From Candidatus Aminicenantes bacterium (GTDB taxonomy: Bacteria > Acidobacteriota > Aminicenantia > Aminicenantales > Aminicenantaceae), in NCBI GenBank assembly GCA_014859315.1, contig JACUUK010000001.1:1-62620 (forward strand): 62,620 nucleotides of DNA, given 5' to 3'. A model generated the notes under the pieces. That model was given only the letters and a program-made list of their open reading frames with translations, was not told the DNA's origin and made no database searches. Position 1 is the stretch's first letter; every line of letters starts with the position of its first letter. A program made the translations under genes and the position numbers. Below are positions 37,487 through 47,798 of the stretch, in pieces.

Positions 37487-39484
37487 ATGACAAATAACCT
37501 TTTGATAGGAATTGATACAGGAGGCACCTTCACTGACTTTGTTATTTATTCCAAAGGCAAGATATCTATAAAAAAAATTCCATCTACTCCTAAAAATCCA
37601 TCACTTGCAATTCTGGAAGGAATAGGCGAATTTATCTCTAAGAATTCTTCTTTTATGCTTATTCATGGCACAACAGTAGCCACAAACGCTCTTTTAGAAC
37701 GCAAAGGAGGAAGAATTGCACTAATAACAACAAAAGGTTTTGAAGATATTCTTTTTATAGGCAGACAAACACGGAAAAACTTGTATTGCCTTCATCCAGA
37801 AGAAAGAATATCACTTTTACAGCCCCAACAATGTATCGGTATAAACGAGAGAAGTTTAGCAACTGGGAAAGTCGAAAAGAAAATATCTCAAAAGGAATTA
37901 ACATCGATTTTAGAAAAACTTTCAAAGATGAAATTAGATGCTGTGGCTGTCTCTCTTATTCATTCTTATATGAATCCTTACAATGAAAAAACCATCAAAG
38001 AACAACTGGAAAAAAATAATATCATGGCCTCTATATCTCATGAGATTTTTCCTGAACATCGCGAATACGAACGGACCGCAGTCACAGCTGTTAATGCCTA
38101 TATTATGCCTGTAATCTGCCGCTATTTAGAAAACCTGGAAGACAATCTAAATGGAATTAAACTACGTATCATGCAATCCAATGAAGGATATGTTTCTCAG
38201 AATGCCATTAGAAAAGAGCCCATCAGGACAGCACTCTCAGGGCCTGCTGGAGGCGTTGTTGGTGCCTATCACTTAGGAAAATCATCAGGGTTTAGAAACA
38301 TCATTACTTTTGATATGGGGGGAACATCTTCAGATGTTTCTTTAATTGATGGGAAAATCAGTCGCACACAGGAAAACGTCATAGGAGATTTTCCAATTCG
38401 CTTGCCGATGATTGATATCCATACAGTTGGAGCAGGAGGCGGCTCTATTGCATACATAGATAGTGGAGGTTCTTTAAGAGTCGGCCCACAAAGTGCTGGG
38501 GCAGACCCTGGGCCAGCGTGTTATGGGCGAGGAAAACTTCCTACAGTAACTGATGCTAATCTTGTGCTTGGGCGTCTTGACCCTCATTTTTTTCTGGGCG
38601 GGAGCATGACACTCTTTCCTGAAAGAAGCTTAGCAGTTATCCAGCCCTTAGCCAAAAAAATCAAAAAATCTATCGTTGAAACTGCAGAAGGAATAATCGA
38701 AATTGCTAATGCCAACATGGAAAAAGCGATTCGCGTGATTTCTATAGAACGAGGATTCGACATGAGAGATTTCTCTCTCTTCTCATTTGGAGGAGCAGGA
38801 GGAATGCATGCCGCAGAAATCGCTTCTGACCTTAAAATAACAAAAGTAATTGTCCCAAAAAATGCAGGCGTTCTCTCAGCTCTTGGATTACTACTTGCAG
38901 ATTCCATTAAAGATTTCACTAAATCCATACTGAAGCCTGCAGAGAAACTTTCATTGAAAAAACTCGATAATCTTTTCGAAACCTTAGGGGAAAAAAGTTT
39001 AGATGAAATGGAAAAAGAGGGATTTAAGAAAGATGAAATAAAAATCTATCCGTATGTTGACCTGCGCTATTTAGGACAGTCATATGAAATTACAATTCCA
39101 TACAAAAAAAATATATCTTATTTATCAGATTTTCATGAAGCTCACCAAAAACTTTATTCCTATCACAACCCACAAAGGCCCATCGAAATTGTGAACATAA
39201 AGGTAAAAGCAGTAGGAATGAGCCATAAAATCCGCTTTAAAAAGTTCCCGATAGAAGGCGAAAAGCCCAATAAAGCTTTTTTTAAAAACCAGAATTTATA
39301 TTTCAAAGGAGAAAAATATCAGGCACCAATTTTCAAGAGAAGCCTTCTTTCACACGGAAACAAAATCCATGGGCCAGCTCTTGTTGTTGATGAGGAATCA
39401 ACAACATTCCTTCCTCCATCCTATATACTAAAGGTTGATGCTTACCTCAACTTGATCATTCAAAAAAGAAAGCATGTAAAATGA
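37487..39484 (+). CDS. hyuA: hydantoinase/oxoprolinase family protein, A subunit
   Basis: IGIDTGGTFTDFV at the N-terminus and the DMGGTSSDVS ATPase motifs of the hydantoinase_A family. The tracked TTG at 37463 lies inside the putative promoter, so I prefer the ATG at 37487. Confidence 0.85.
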   Translation: MTNNLLIGIDTGGTFTDFVIYSKGKISIKKIPSTPKNPSLAILEGIGEFISKNSSFMLIHGTTVATNALLERKGGRIALITTKGFEDILFIGRQTRKNLYCLHPEERISLLQPQQCIGINERSLATGKVEKKISQKELTSILEKLSKMKLDAVAVSLIHSYMNPYNEKTIKEQLEKNNIMASISHEIFPEHREYERTAVTAVNAYIMPVICRYLENLEDNLNGIKLRIMQSNEGYVSQNAIRKEPIRTALSGPAGGVVGAYHLGKSSGFRNIITFDMGGTSSDVSLIDGKISRTQENVIGDFPIRLPMIDIHTVGAGGGSIAYIDSGGSLRVGPQSAGADPGPACYGRGKLPTVTDANLVLGRLDPHFFLGGSMTLFPERSLAVIQPLAKKIKKSIVETAEGIIEIANANMEKAIRVISIERGFDMRDFSLFSFGGAGGMHAAEIASDLKITKVIVPKNAGVLSALGLLLADSIKDFTKSILKPAEKLSLKKLDNLFETLGEKSLDEMEKEGFKKDEIKIYPYVDLRYLGQSYEITIPYKKNISYLSDFHEAHQKLYSYHNPQRPIEIVNIKVKAVGMSHKIRFKKFPIEGEKPNKAFFKNQNLYFKGEKYQAPIFKRSLLSHGNKIHGPALVVDEESTTFLPPSYILKVDAYLNLIIQKRKHVK

Positions 39485-41046
39485 ATAAATTTGACGCTAT
39501 CGAATTAGAGCTATTTAAAAATATTTTTGTGTCCATTTCTGAAGAAATGGCAGCAGTGCTCGGTAGAACAGCGCTTTCCCCAAACATCAAAGAAAGAAAG
39601 GACTTTTCCTGTGCTCTTTTTAACAGCAAAGGAGAAACATTTGCCCAGGGTGCACACATTCCTGTCCATCTTGGTGCCATGCCTCTTTCTGTTCAGGCCT
39701 CAATCGAGGCACTCACTTTTGAGGAGGGAGACCTTGTTGTTCTTAACGATCCATATAAAGGCGGAACCCACCTTCCAGATATTACATGTATTTCTCCTGT
39801 TTTTTTTAATAAAAAACTTTTCTTCTTTGTTGCAAACCGGGCGCATCATTCGGATGTAGGCGGCATGACCCCTGGTTCCATGCCTTTAGCTTCAGAGATT
39901 TATCAGGAAGGATTAATTATTCCTCCTTTGAAATTAGTTAATAACGGCCGAATAAATTCAGAACTGTTCTCAATGATTCTGGCTAATGTCCGAACACCAG
40001 AAGAGCGCAAAGGGGACATTCTGGCTCAAATTGCAGCTAATAATAAGGGTGTCCAACGCTTAAAAGAAATTGTAGAGACACACGGCCTTAAAAAAATTCT
40101 ACGTTATTCTACTCTTGTGCAAGATTATACGGAAAATATATTAAGGCATACGATTCAAACGATTCCTGACGGGAAGTATACATTTGAAGATTACCTGGAC
40201 GATGATGGAATAAACCCTTCCCCAATAAGAATTGCTGTTGAAATAACAATCAAAAAAGACGAATCTGTTATCGATTTCAGCTCCTCTTCTCCTCAGGTTG
40301 AGGGAAATGTGAACGCTAACTTTGCTGTCACATTTTCAGCCGTGCTCTATGTTTTCCGCTCCCTTGTAGAAGAAGATATTCCCTTCAATACTGGATTGAT
40401 GAGGCCTTTGCATATCATTGCTCCTCAAGGCTCAATCCTCAATGCGAAATTTCCTGCTGGTACAGCAGGAGGAAACGTCGAGACATCGCAAAGAATTGTA
40501 GATGTTCTCCTTGGGGCTCTCTCGAAAGCAATCCCAGAAAAAATTCCTGCGGCAAGTTCAGGGACTATGAACAACATCGCTTTCGGAGGATTCGACCCTA
40601 AAAGGGAAACAAATTTCACATACTATGAGACTATTGGAGGAGGAATGGGAGCGAGTGCACTTCGTTGTGGCCTAAGTGGAGTCCATACTCATATGACAAA
40701 TTCCCTTAACACTCCAATAGAGGCCCTGGAACATTATTTGCCAATAAAAATCAACAGATACAGTCTAAGACGAGGCTCTGGAGGCAAAGGGGAAAAAACA
40801 GGGGGAAACGGTATTATAAGAGAGTATGAATTTTATATTCCTGCCCAGATGACAATTATCTCGGAAAGAAGGAAGTTTGCACCTTATGGGCTTCATGGAG
40901 GAGAAAGCGGAAAAAAAGGCAGGAATTTTCTTCTAAGTAAAGGGAAATTAAGGCGCCTTAATTCCAAGGTCAACATAAAAGTTCAACCTAATGATATGCT
41001 GCGCATAGAAACTCCTGGAGGCGGAGGATATGGCGCCAAGAAATAA
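39481..41046 (+). CDS. hyuB: hydantoinase B/oxoprolinase family protein
   Basis: D.IELELFKN at the N-terminus, NDPYKGGTHLPD and HTHMTNSLNTPIEALE motifs. ATGA overlap with hyuA. Confidence 0.85.
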   Translation: MNKFDAIELELFKNIFVSISEEMAAVLGRTALSPNIKERKDFSCALFNSKGETFAQGAHIPVHLGAMPLSVQASIEALTFEEGDLVVLNDPYKGGTHLPDITCISPVFFNKKLFFFVANRAHHSDVGGMTPGSMPLASEIYQEGLIIPPLKLVNNGRINSELFSMILANVRTPEERKGDILAQIAANNKGVQRLKEIVETHGLKKILRYSTLVQDYTENILRHTIQTIPDGKYTFEDYLDDDGINPSPIRIAVEITIKKDESVIDFSSSSPQVEGNVNANFAVTFSAVLYVFRSLVEEDIPFNTGLMRPLHIIAPQGSILNAKFPAGTAGGNVETSQRIVDVLLGALSKAIPEKIPAASSGTMNNIAFGGFDPKRETNFTYYETIGGGMGASALRCGLSGVHTHMTNSLNTPIEALEHYLPIKINRYSLRRGSGGKGEKTGGNGIIREYEFYIPAQMTIISERRKFAPYGLHGGESGKKGRNFLLSKGKLRRLNSKVNIKVQPNDMLRIETPGGGGYGAKK

Positions 41047-42238
41047 AAAATCCTCTTTTGGACCCGGTTTTCTTGTAACAGCTGCTTTCATTGGGCCGGG
41101 AACCGTAACAACGTGTTCTTTAGCAGGGGCAAAATTCGGATATTCATTGATTTATGTACTGCTTTTCGCCACTCTCACTACAATTATCCTTCAAGAAATG
41201 GCTGGAAGGTTAAGTTTGAGCACAGGGCTTGATTTTGCAGAAGCATTAAGGACCTATCCCCAAAACCAGCTCATAAAGCTCATTTTCATTATTCTTATTT
41301 TATCCTCAATAACTTTTGGCTGCGCTGCATATGAGGCTGGAAACATCGTTGGAGGTGCACTTGGAATGGAAATGGTCTCTTCTATTCCACGAAAATTCTG
41401 GGTGCTCTTGATTTCGTGCTCCGCAATCTTAGTTTTGAGTAAAAGACAGTATAAACTCGTAGAAAAAATTTTAATTTCCCTTGTTTTTTTAATGAGCATA
41501 AGCTTCCTTGCTACTTTAATCCTTATAAAACCGGATATATCTCATATTTTTAAAGGCCTTCTTCCCTCTCTACCAAAAAACTCATTTTCGATTATCCTGG
41601 CTCTTGTTGGAACAACAGTCGTTCCATATAATCTTTTCCTTCACTCTGCAGCAGTAAAAGAAAAATGGCACAAAAAGAGATATTTGAAGGATGTTAGAAA
41701 GGACCTTTTTATTTCTATTGGAATAGGGGGATTGATTTCCGCTTCGATTATCGTTACTTCTGCTGTTGCCTTTTATGAAAAAGGTATTCTCCTTGAGAAA
41801 GGTGCTCAAATGGCTTTTCAAATGAAGCCTTTATTGGGTTCCTTCACCAATTTTCTCTTCGGCTTAGGGTTCTTTGCCGCAGGGATGAGCTCTGCGATAA
41901 CAGCTCCATATGCAGCTGCGTTTGCTTCATCAGGAATATTAGGATGGAAAGGAGGCCAGGGCGGAAAAGAATTCCGAGCTGTTTGGCTATGTGTTATTTT
42001 CACTGGATTGATTGTATCTCTATTTGACCTTAGTCCTATTGCTGTTATTATTTTTGCTCAGATGGCTAACGGATTTATACTGCCTATTGCTTCAATTTCT
42101 CTTCTTTGGATGTTGAATAATCACCAAAAAATGGGAAATATGACTAATTCTTTGAAACAGAATATTCTTGGTGGAATAGTCATCCTAATAGTGACTCTAT
42201 TAGGAGGTTGGAATGTGGCAAAATTTTTTTTTCAATAA
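41030..42238 (+). CDS. NRAMP-fold transporter lacking canonical metal-binding residues
   Basis: GPGFLVTAAFIGPGTVTT (TM1) and GTTVVPYNLFLHS (TM6) align to the NRAMP DPGN and MPH regions but are substituted. There is a 17-nt overlap with hyuB. Confidence 0.75.
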   Translation: MAPRNKKSSFGPGFLVTAAFIGPGTVTTCSLAGAKFGYSLIYVLLFATLTTIILQEMAGRLSLSTGLDFAEALRTYPQNQLIKLIFIILILSSITFGCAAYEAGNIVGGALGMEMVSSIPRKFWVLLISCSAILVLSKRQYKLVEKILISLVFLMSISFLATLILIKPDISHIFKGLLPSLPKNSFSIILALVGTTVVPYNLFLHSAAVKEKWHKKRYLKDVRKDLFISIGIGGLISASIIVTSAVAFYEKGILLEKGAQMAFQMKPLLGSFTNFLFGLGFFAAGMSSAITAPYAAAFASSGILGWKGGQGGKEFRAVWLCVIFTGLIVSLFDLSPIAVIIFAQMANGFILPIASISLLWMLNNHQKMGNMTNSLKQNILGGIVILIVTLLGGWNVAKFFFQ

Positions 42239-42450
42239 AATACTTCGCTTTATTGTAAATAGGAGTTGTTGAAGTCCCAACTTCCTTGGCTACCTGACAG
42301 AAGCTTTTTCATGCATTCTGGTTAATTTATCTAAAGTTTAATCTATTTTTAATTGACCAATTATAACTTTATTGTGTATTTTATGATTAAACTAGAAGGT
42401 CAAGACTTTCCAAGGCAACAGAGGATTAAGGAGAAAAAGAGAAGATTAAA

Positions 42451-43437
42451 ATGAAAATACAGGATATTTTTGAAAAACAAGCTTTAATAAAGGAAACATT
42501 AGAAGCTGAAGAAAGAATTCGCAAACATATCAGAGAAACACCCCTTGAATATTCTCCTTACCTCAGCCAACTCGGAAAAAGCAATGTTTTCCTTAAATTG
42601 GAAAACATTCAAATAACTGGGTCTTTTAAATTAAGAGGAGCCACAAACAAGGTCCTCTCCTTAAGCGATGAAGAGATAAGTCGGGGCCTTATCGCTGCCT
42701 CATCAGGAAATCAAGGAGTTGCGATTGCCTATTTGTTGAATAAATTTGGTTTTATAGGAACCATTTGCCTTCCAGAAAATGCGGAAAAATCCAAAGTAGA
42801 ATCGCTCCTTCTTTATGGAGCTAATTTAAAGTTCTTTGGCACAGATTGTATCCAAACAGAAACATTTGCAAGGAAGGAAGCACAAAGGCATGGAGCCACA
42901 CTTATTCCTCCTTACAACGACCCGAAGATTATTGGGGGACAGGCAACAATTGCTATCGAGCTGTTTAGAGAGCTTAAAACGTTTGATGCGGTTTTAGCCC
43001 CTGTTGGAGGCGGAGGATTAATCTCAGGGATTGCTGGATACGTAAAATCTTGTTCGCCAAACGTTAAAATCATAGGGTGCCAGCCAGAAAATTCGCCAGT
43101 CATGTATGAATCCATCAAAGCCGGTCATATCATCGAAATGGAATCTAAACCTACTCTTTCTGATGGCTCGGCTGGGGGCATCGAAAAGGGTTCTATAACT
43201 TTTAATATCTGCCAAAAGTATGTGGATGACTTTATACTTGTATCCGAAGAAGAAATCAAAAATGCAATCCTTCTCTGCTTAAAAAAACACCATATGCTTA
43301 TTGAGGGAGCAGCCGCTTTATCCATCGCAGCTTATGTTAAAGAAAATAACCGCCTTAAAAATAAAACCGTTGTGTTAATCATTAGCGGTTCAAAAATTAG
43401 CATAGATAATTTAAAAAACATATTAAAAAAACATTAA
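42451..43437 (+). CDS. PLP-dependent threonine/serine dehydratase family protein (short form)
   Basis: GSFKLRGATNK (PLP lysine), SSGNQG and the glycine loop PVGGGGLISG. Confidence 0.8.
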   Translation: MKIQDIFEKQALIKETLEAEERIRKHIRETPLEYSPYLSQLGKSNVFLKLENIQITGSFKLRGATNKVLSLSDEEISRGLIAASSGNQGVAIAYLLNKFGFIGTICLPENAEKSKVESLLLYGANLKFFGTDCIQTETFARKEAQRHGATLIPPYNDPKIIGGQATIAIELFRELKTFDAVLAPVGGGGLISGIAGYVKSCSPNVKIIGCQPENSPVMYESIKAGHIIEMESKPTLSDGSAGGIEKGSITFNICQKYVDDFILVSEEEIKNAILLCLKKHHMLIEGAAALSIAAYVKENNRLKNKTVVLIISGSKISIDNLKNILKKH

Positions 43438-43490
43438 GGGTTACAAGGACAGCGGGAAAATAAATACGTGAATACAAAAAGGAGACCAGA

Positions 43491-44612
43491 ATGAAAATCG
43501 AAACCTTTGAGCTCGAAAGGACTCAATCTTTATGGGAGAACAGAGTGAAACACAACCTCACAGAAAGCGGACTTCTGCCGTACACACTCACAGAACTCCT
43601 TGGCGAAAAAGAAATTGCCAAGCTTTTGTCTATCCGAATTGGTTACGGACAGACAAACGGCTCCATTGAACTCAGAGAGACAATCAGCCGCCTTTATCCA
43701 AGGACTGATTTAGATAATGTTATAGTGACAAATGGAGCAGCAGAAGCAAATTTTATCTTAACCTGGAGTCTTTTAGATCCAGGTGATGAATTAATCTTAA
43801 TGGTTCCTAATTACATGCAAATCCGGGGGATCGCACATTCAAATAGAGTTTCTGTCAAGACTTTTCCTCTTCGCGAGGAACTAAATTGGGGGCCTGACAT
43901 TGAAGAGTTAAAAAGACTTGTATCCCAAAAAACAAAGATAATCTCAGTCTGCAACCCCAATAATCCCACTGGAGCAATCATGAGCCAGCATGATATGGAG
44001 GAGATTGTCCGTATTGCCATGGAAGTAGATGCCTGGATTCATGCTGATGAAATATACCGGGGTTCAGAGCTCAATGGCATAGAATCGCCTTCTTTTAGTG
44101 GATTGTACGAAAAAGTAATTATAAGTTCCAGCCTATCAAAAGCATATGCTCTTCCAGGATTGAGGATCGGCTGGCTGGTGGGCCCTAAAGATATAATAGA
44201 GAAAGCATGGAAATATCACGATTACACAACGATTACCGCAGGAATCCTCAGCCATTATATTGCCACAGTTGTATTACAGCCAGAGATGAGAAAAAAAGTT
44301 TTAAGCAGGAGCCGAAAAATACTGAATGAAAATCTGGAAGAGGTAAAAACATTTGTAAAGAAACACCAAGACCTTTTTAATTTTATTCCTCCCCGTGCAG
44401 GCGGGATGGCCTTTATGCGGTATAACCTGGAAATTAATTCCACTGAACTTTGTACAAAACTTCGTGAAGAAAAAAGTGTTTTCATTATCCCTGGAGATTG
44501 TTTTGGTATGGACAATTATATCCGTTTGGGAATCGGTAATGAAAAAGAAGAATTCATAACCGGATTAAATCTTATATCCGAATTTCTTCAAGAAATAAAA
44601 GAAATCAAGTAA
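43491..44612 (+). CDS. class I/II PLP aminotransferase
   Basis: NPNNPTG and SLSKAYALPGLRIGW (PLP lysine) motifs. Confidence 0.8.
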   Translation: MKIETFELERTQSLWENRVKHNLTESGLLPYTLTELLGEKEIAKLLSIRIGYGQTNGSIELRETISRLYPRTDLDNVIVTNGAAEANFILTWSLLDPGDELILMVPNYMQIRGIAHSNRVSVKTFPLREELNWGPDIEELKRLVSQKTKIISVCNPNNPTGAIMSQHDMEEIVRIAMEVDAWIHADEIYRGSELNGIESPSFSGLYEKVIISSSLSKAYALPGLRIGWLVGPKDIIEKAWKYHDYTTITAGILSHYIATVVLQPEMRKKVLSRSRKILNENLEEVKTFVKKHQDLFNFIPPRAGGMAFMRYNLEINSTELCTKLREEKSVFIIPGDCFGMDNYIRLGIGNEKEEFITGLNLISEFLQEIKEIK

Positions 44613-44709
44613 TTTTATTAGCTATCCTCTTCATAATGAATAAATTAGCCCATCCCAACAACAAAATTAAAGACAAAATTAAATAAATTAACAACTAAGC
44701 TTACGATTA

Positions 44710-46524
44710 TTAATCCACTGTAAGAGTTTTACTGATGTTACGGGGCTGGTCGGGGTTAATTCCCTTCTCCTGACTGACAAAGTAAGCTATCTGCTGTGAA
44801 ACAATAACCGCTAATAAAGGGCTCAAAAAATAATCGGCTGTCGGAAGCTCAATGTATTCATCGGAATTAGCCCCAAGAGAATCTTCTGGGGGGGCGATCG
44901 TACAGATTTTTCCTCCACGGCAGCTTATTTCGTTGATGTGAGAAAGAGTCATATAGGAATCTTCAATCGTAGAGATGAAAAGAACCCAGTCACTCTTTTC
45001 AATAATAGCCAAGGGACCATGCTTAAATTCTGAAGAATACATCCCTTCACAAGGGATATATGTTATTTCTTTCATCTTAAGAGCAGCCTCTAAACAAGCC
45101 CCATAATTGATTCCATAACCAAGATAATAAAGGTATTTGCTTTCTGCTAATTCCTTAGCAATTTTCCTGCATTTGCCTGAAGTCATTTCAAGAGTTTCCT
45201 GAATCAATGAAGGAATTTTTTTAATTCCCTGTTCCAAACCATGTGTTGGCATATTTTTTAGCTTACTAAGCTCCATCGCAAGATACAAAAACAAAATCAC
45301 CTGATTTGTGAAAGTTTTTGTTGCCGGGACACTAATTTCAATATTTGAAAGCAAAGGAAGATATTTATCAACACGAAGCTGAAGCGAAGAGCCAAGGACA
45401 TTCACAATTGCAAAAATCTTCTCAGCTTGTTTTTCTTTCAGTAAATTCAACACATTGATGACTTCTTTTGTTTCTCCACTCTGAGAAACAAGAATATATG
45501 CATCCTTTCGAAGATCTGCATGCCCTAAAAGTTCTCTGAATGAACCTGCAATAACCGGGATGGCTTCAACACCAGCGATTTTGTTTAGATAATAAGATCC
45601 CAGAACACAGGCATTATATGACGTCCCAGAACCAGTGAGATATACCTTGGATTCCTGGCTTAAAGCATTACAGAATTCAGATGCATGACTCGATTCTCCA
45701 AAGAAATTTATCAATGCTTGAGCTTTTTCAGGCTGTTCATGAATTTCTTTAAGCATAAAATGGGGAAATTCTCCTTTTTGTGCTTGCTCTATATCCAAAT
45801 CGTATTTCTTGGGATGACGTGTTACCTCCTCTCCAGATGTCAATTTTCTGATTCGGAAATCATCCGAGCTAAACTCCACATATTCTCCATCATAGAGAGG
45901 TACAATGTTTTTTGTTAAAGGAATAATGGAAGGCAAATCTGAAGAGCAGCAAACAAAGCCCTCACCCACTCCTAAATAAAGAGAAGAAAACTTCTTGACA
46001 CAATACATCTTGCCGGATTCCTTCACAGTTATAGCATAGGCATAATCTCCTTTTAAAATATCACCAGCTTTTTGAATCGCTAAATTCATATCGCACATCT
46101 CTTTGTAGCAATCTTCTACAACATGGACAACCACCTCCCCGTCATTTTCTCCCAAGAAGACATGGCCTTTTTCACTGAACCCTTGAATAAGTTCCTTTGT
46201 ATTTACGATGTTACCGTTATGAGCACCCACCATATTCCTTGAACAGTCGAAGTGCGGCTGTGAATTTTCCTTTGAAGGAGCACCGAATGTTGCCCAGCGT
46301 AATTGGATAATTCCTTTATAACCCTTAAAGGTTTCAAAATCGAACTTTCTGTTGACTTCTTCAATTTCTCCAACATCTTTTTCCAAACGGATAAAATCAT
46401 TTCCGAACACAGCCATACCCACAGAATCATAGCCCCTGTATGTAAGCCTCCTTCCCGCCTGAAGAAGGATCTGTCCTAAATCTTCACGATTCTCATTAAA
46501 AATTATTCCGAAAATTCCACACAT
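44710..46524 (-). CDS. glmS: glutamine--fructose-6-phosphate aminotransferase (isomerizing)
   Basis: N-terminal MCGIFG (Ntn amidotransferase Cys), two SIS domains and a C-terminal ...KTLTVD tail (compare the canonical ...AKSVTVE ending). Length is 604 aa. Confidence 0.92.
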   Translation of the reverse strand: MCGIFGIIFNENREDLGQILLQAGRRLTYRGYDSVGMAVFGNDFIRLEKDVGEIEEVNRKFDFETFKGYKGIIQLRWATFGAPSKENSQPHFDCSRNMVGAHNGNIVNTKELIQGFSEKGHVFLGENDGEVVVHVVEDCYKEMCDMNLAIQKAGDILKGDYAYAITVKESGKMYCVKKFSSLYLGVGEGFVCCSSDLPSIIPLTKNIVPLYDGEYVEFSSDDFRIRKLTSGEEVTRHPKKYDLDIEQAQKGEFPHFMLKEIHEQPEKAQALINFFGESSHASEFCNALSQESKVYLTGSGTSYNACVLGSYYLNKIAGVEAIPVIAGSFRELLGHADLRKDAYILVSQSGETKEVINVLNLLKEKQAEKIFAIVNVLGSSLQLRVDKYLPLLSNIEISVPATKTFTNQVILFLYLAMELSKLKNMPTHGLEQGIKKIPSLIQETLEMTSGKCRKIAKELAESKYLYYLGYGINYGACLEAALKMKEITYIPCEGMYSSEFKHGPLAIIEKSDWVLFISTIEDSYMTLSHINEISCRGGKICTIAPPEDSLGANSDEYIELPTADYFLSPLLAVIVSQQIAYFVSQEKGINPDQPRNISKTLTVD

Positions 46525-46534
46525 TCTAACTTAC

Positions 46535-47716
46535 CTAATTCTTTCCTTTATAGAATTCTTTTATGGAAGCCACAATATATTCCTGGTGGCTTGCTGGCAG
46601 CTCTGGATAAACTGGTAAAGCCAACACCTCGGCACTGGCTTTTTCTGAAACAGGAAAATCTCCTTCGCTGTAACCGAGCCCAGAAAAACATTTTTGGAGA
46701 TGAAGTGAGAGCGGGTAATAGATGGCTGTCGGTACTTTCCTGGATTCAAGAAATTCCATAAGATTGTCTCTGTTTTTTGCCCGAATCACATACTGGTGGT
46801 AAGTGTGATAATTCGTCAACCCTTTATCTTTATAAACATTTCTTGGGAGTATCACAAACCCATCATCCAAAAGTTCTGCTTCCTGGAAAAGTTGTGCATA
46901 GCTTGAAGCATTTTTTCTTCTCATTTCCTGCCAGGAGTCCAGATGTTTCAACTTAACCCGAAGAATAGCGGCCTGTATCGCATCCAGGCGAAAATTCCCG
47001 CCAAGTATTTCATAAAAATATTTATTCCGAGAACCATGCATACGTAGGAGTTTAAGCTTATCAGTTAATTCCTTATTGTTCGTAAGAACCATTCCCCCAT
47101 CGCCAAATCCACCCAAATTCTTGGTAGGAAAGAACGAAAGAATCCCCATATCTCCAATAGAACATGCCTTTTTTATTCCTTTTTTGGAAGGATATTCCGA
47201 GCCAATTGCCTGTGCAGCATCTTCAATCACACACAAGTGGTAATTCTTTGCTAATTCATTGATAGGATCCATATCAACAACCTGGCCATACAGATGTACA
47301 GGGATTATTGCCTTTATTTTCTGCCCGTTAAACTCAGTTCCTTCTTTTTCAAGAAGTTCTGCCAGTTTGACAGGTGATAAATTATAAGTATCTGGATCAA
47401 TGTCACAGAAAATAGGCCGTGCTCCAAGCCGTGAAATGGCACCAGCAGTGGCAAAGAAAGTAAAAGGAGATGTTATTACCGCATCTCCTTTTCCAATACC
47501 AATTGCCATTAGAGAAATAATAAGGGCATCAGACCCCGAGGACACACCAACGGCAAATTCTGTTCCGCTGTATGCAGCTAACTCTTTTTCCAGATTTTCC
47601 ACCTCAGGGCCTAAAACAAATCTCTGAGAAGATATTACCTCGAGTATTTTTTTGTCGATTTCTTGCTTAATGCTTTGGTATTGCGCTTTTAAGTCTAAAA
47701 AGGATATTTCTTCCAT
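46535..47716 (-). CDS. DegT/DnrJ/EryC1/StrS family sugar aminotransferase
   Basis: Typical DegT family layout with a PLP-lysine region SFFPTKNLGGFGDGG. Confidence 0.88.
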   Translation of the reverse strand: MEEISFLDLKAQYQSIKQEIDKKILEVISSQRFVLGPEVENLEKELAAYSGTEFAVGVSSGSDALIISLMAIGIGKGDAVITSPFTFFATAGAISRLGARPIFCDIDPDTYNLSPVKLAELLEKEGTEFNGQKIKAIIPVHLYGQVVDMDPINELAKNYHLCVIEDAAQAIGSEYPSKKGIKKACSIGDMGILSFFPTKNLGGFGDGGMVLTNNKELTDKLKLLRMHGSRNKYFYEILGGNFRLDAIQAAILRVKLKHLDSWQEMRRKNASSYAQLFQEAELLDDGFVILPRNVYKDKGLTNYHTYHQYVIRAKNRDNLMEFLESRKVPTAIYYPLSLHLQKCFSGLGYSEGDFPVSEKASAEVLALPVYPELPASHQEYIVASIKEFYKGKN

Positions 47717-47798
47717 AATTCACTCTCTTTCTAATTGATTTTAAACTGCAATTTATTGGAATTCAAAAAAATTGTCAATTCACAGGGGGAAAAAAACT

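Noticed and set aside
42421-42436. GAGGATTAAGGAG, whose reverse complement contains CTTAATCC as in the dispersed element termini
   Set aside because: It is the Shine-Dalgarno region of the threonine dehydratase gene, and no other part of the element family is present.
46525-46534. glmS ribozyme upstream of glmS
   Set aside because: Only 10 nt separate glmS from the upstream DegT gene, so there is no room for the ~170-nt ribozyme.
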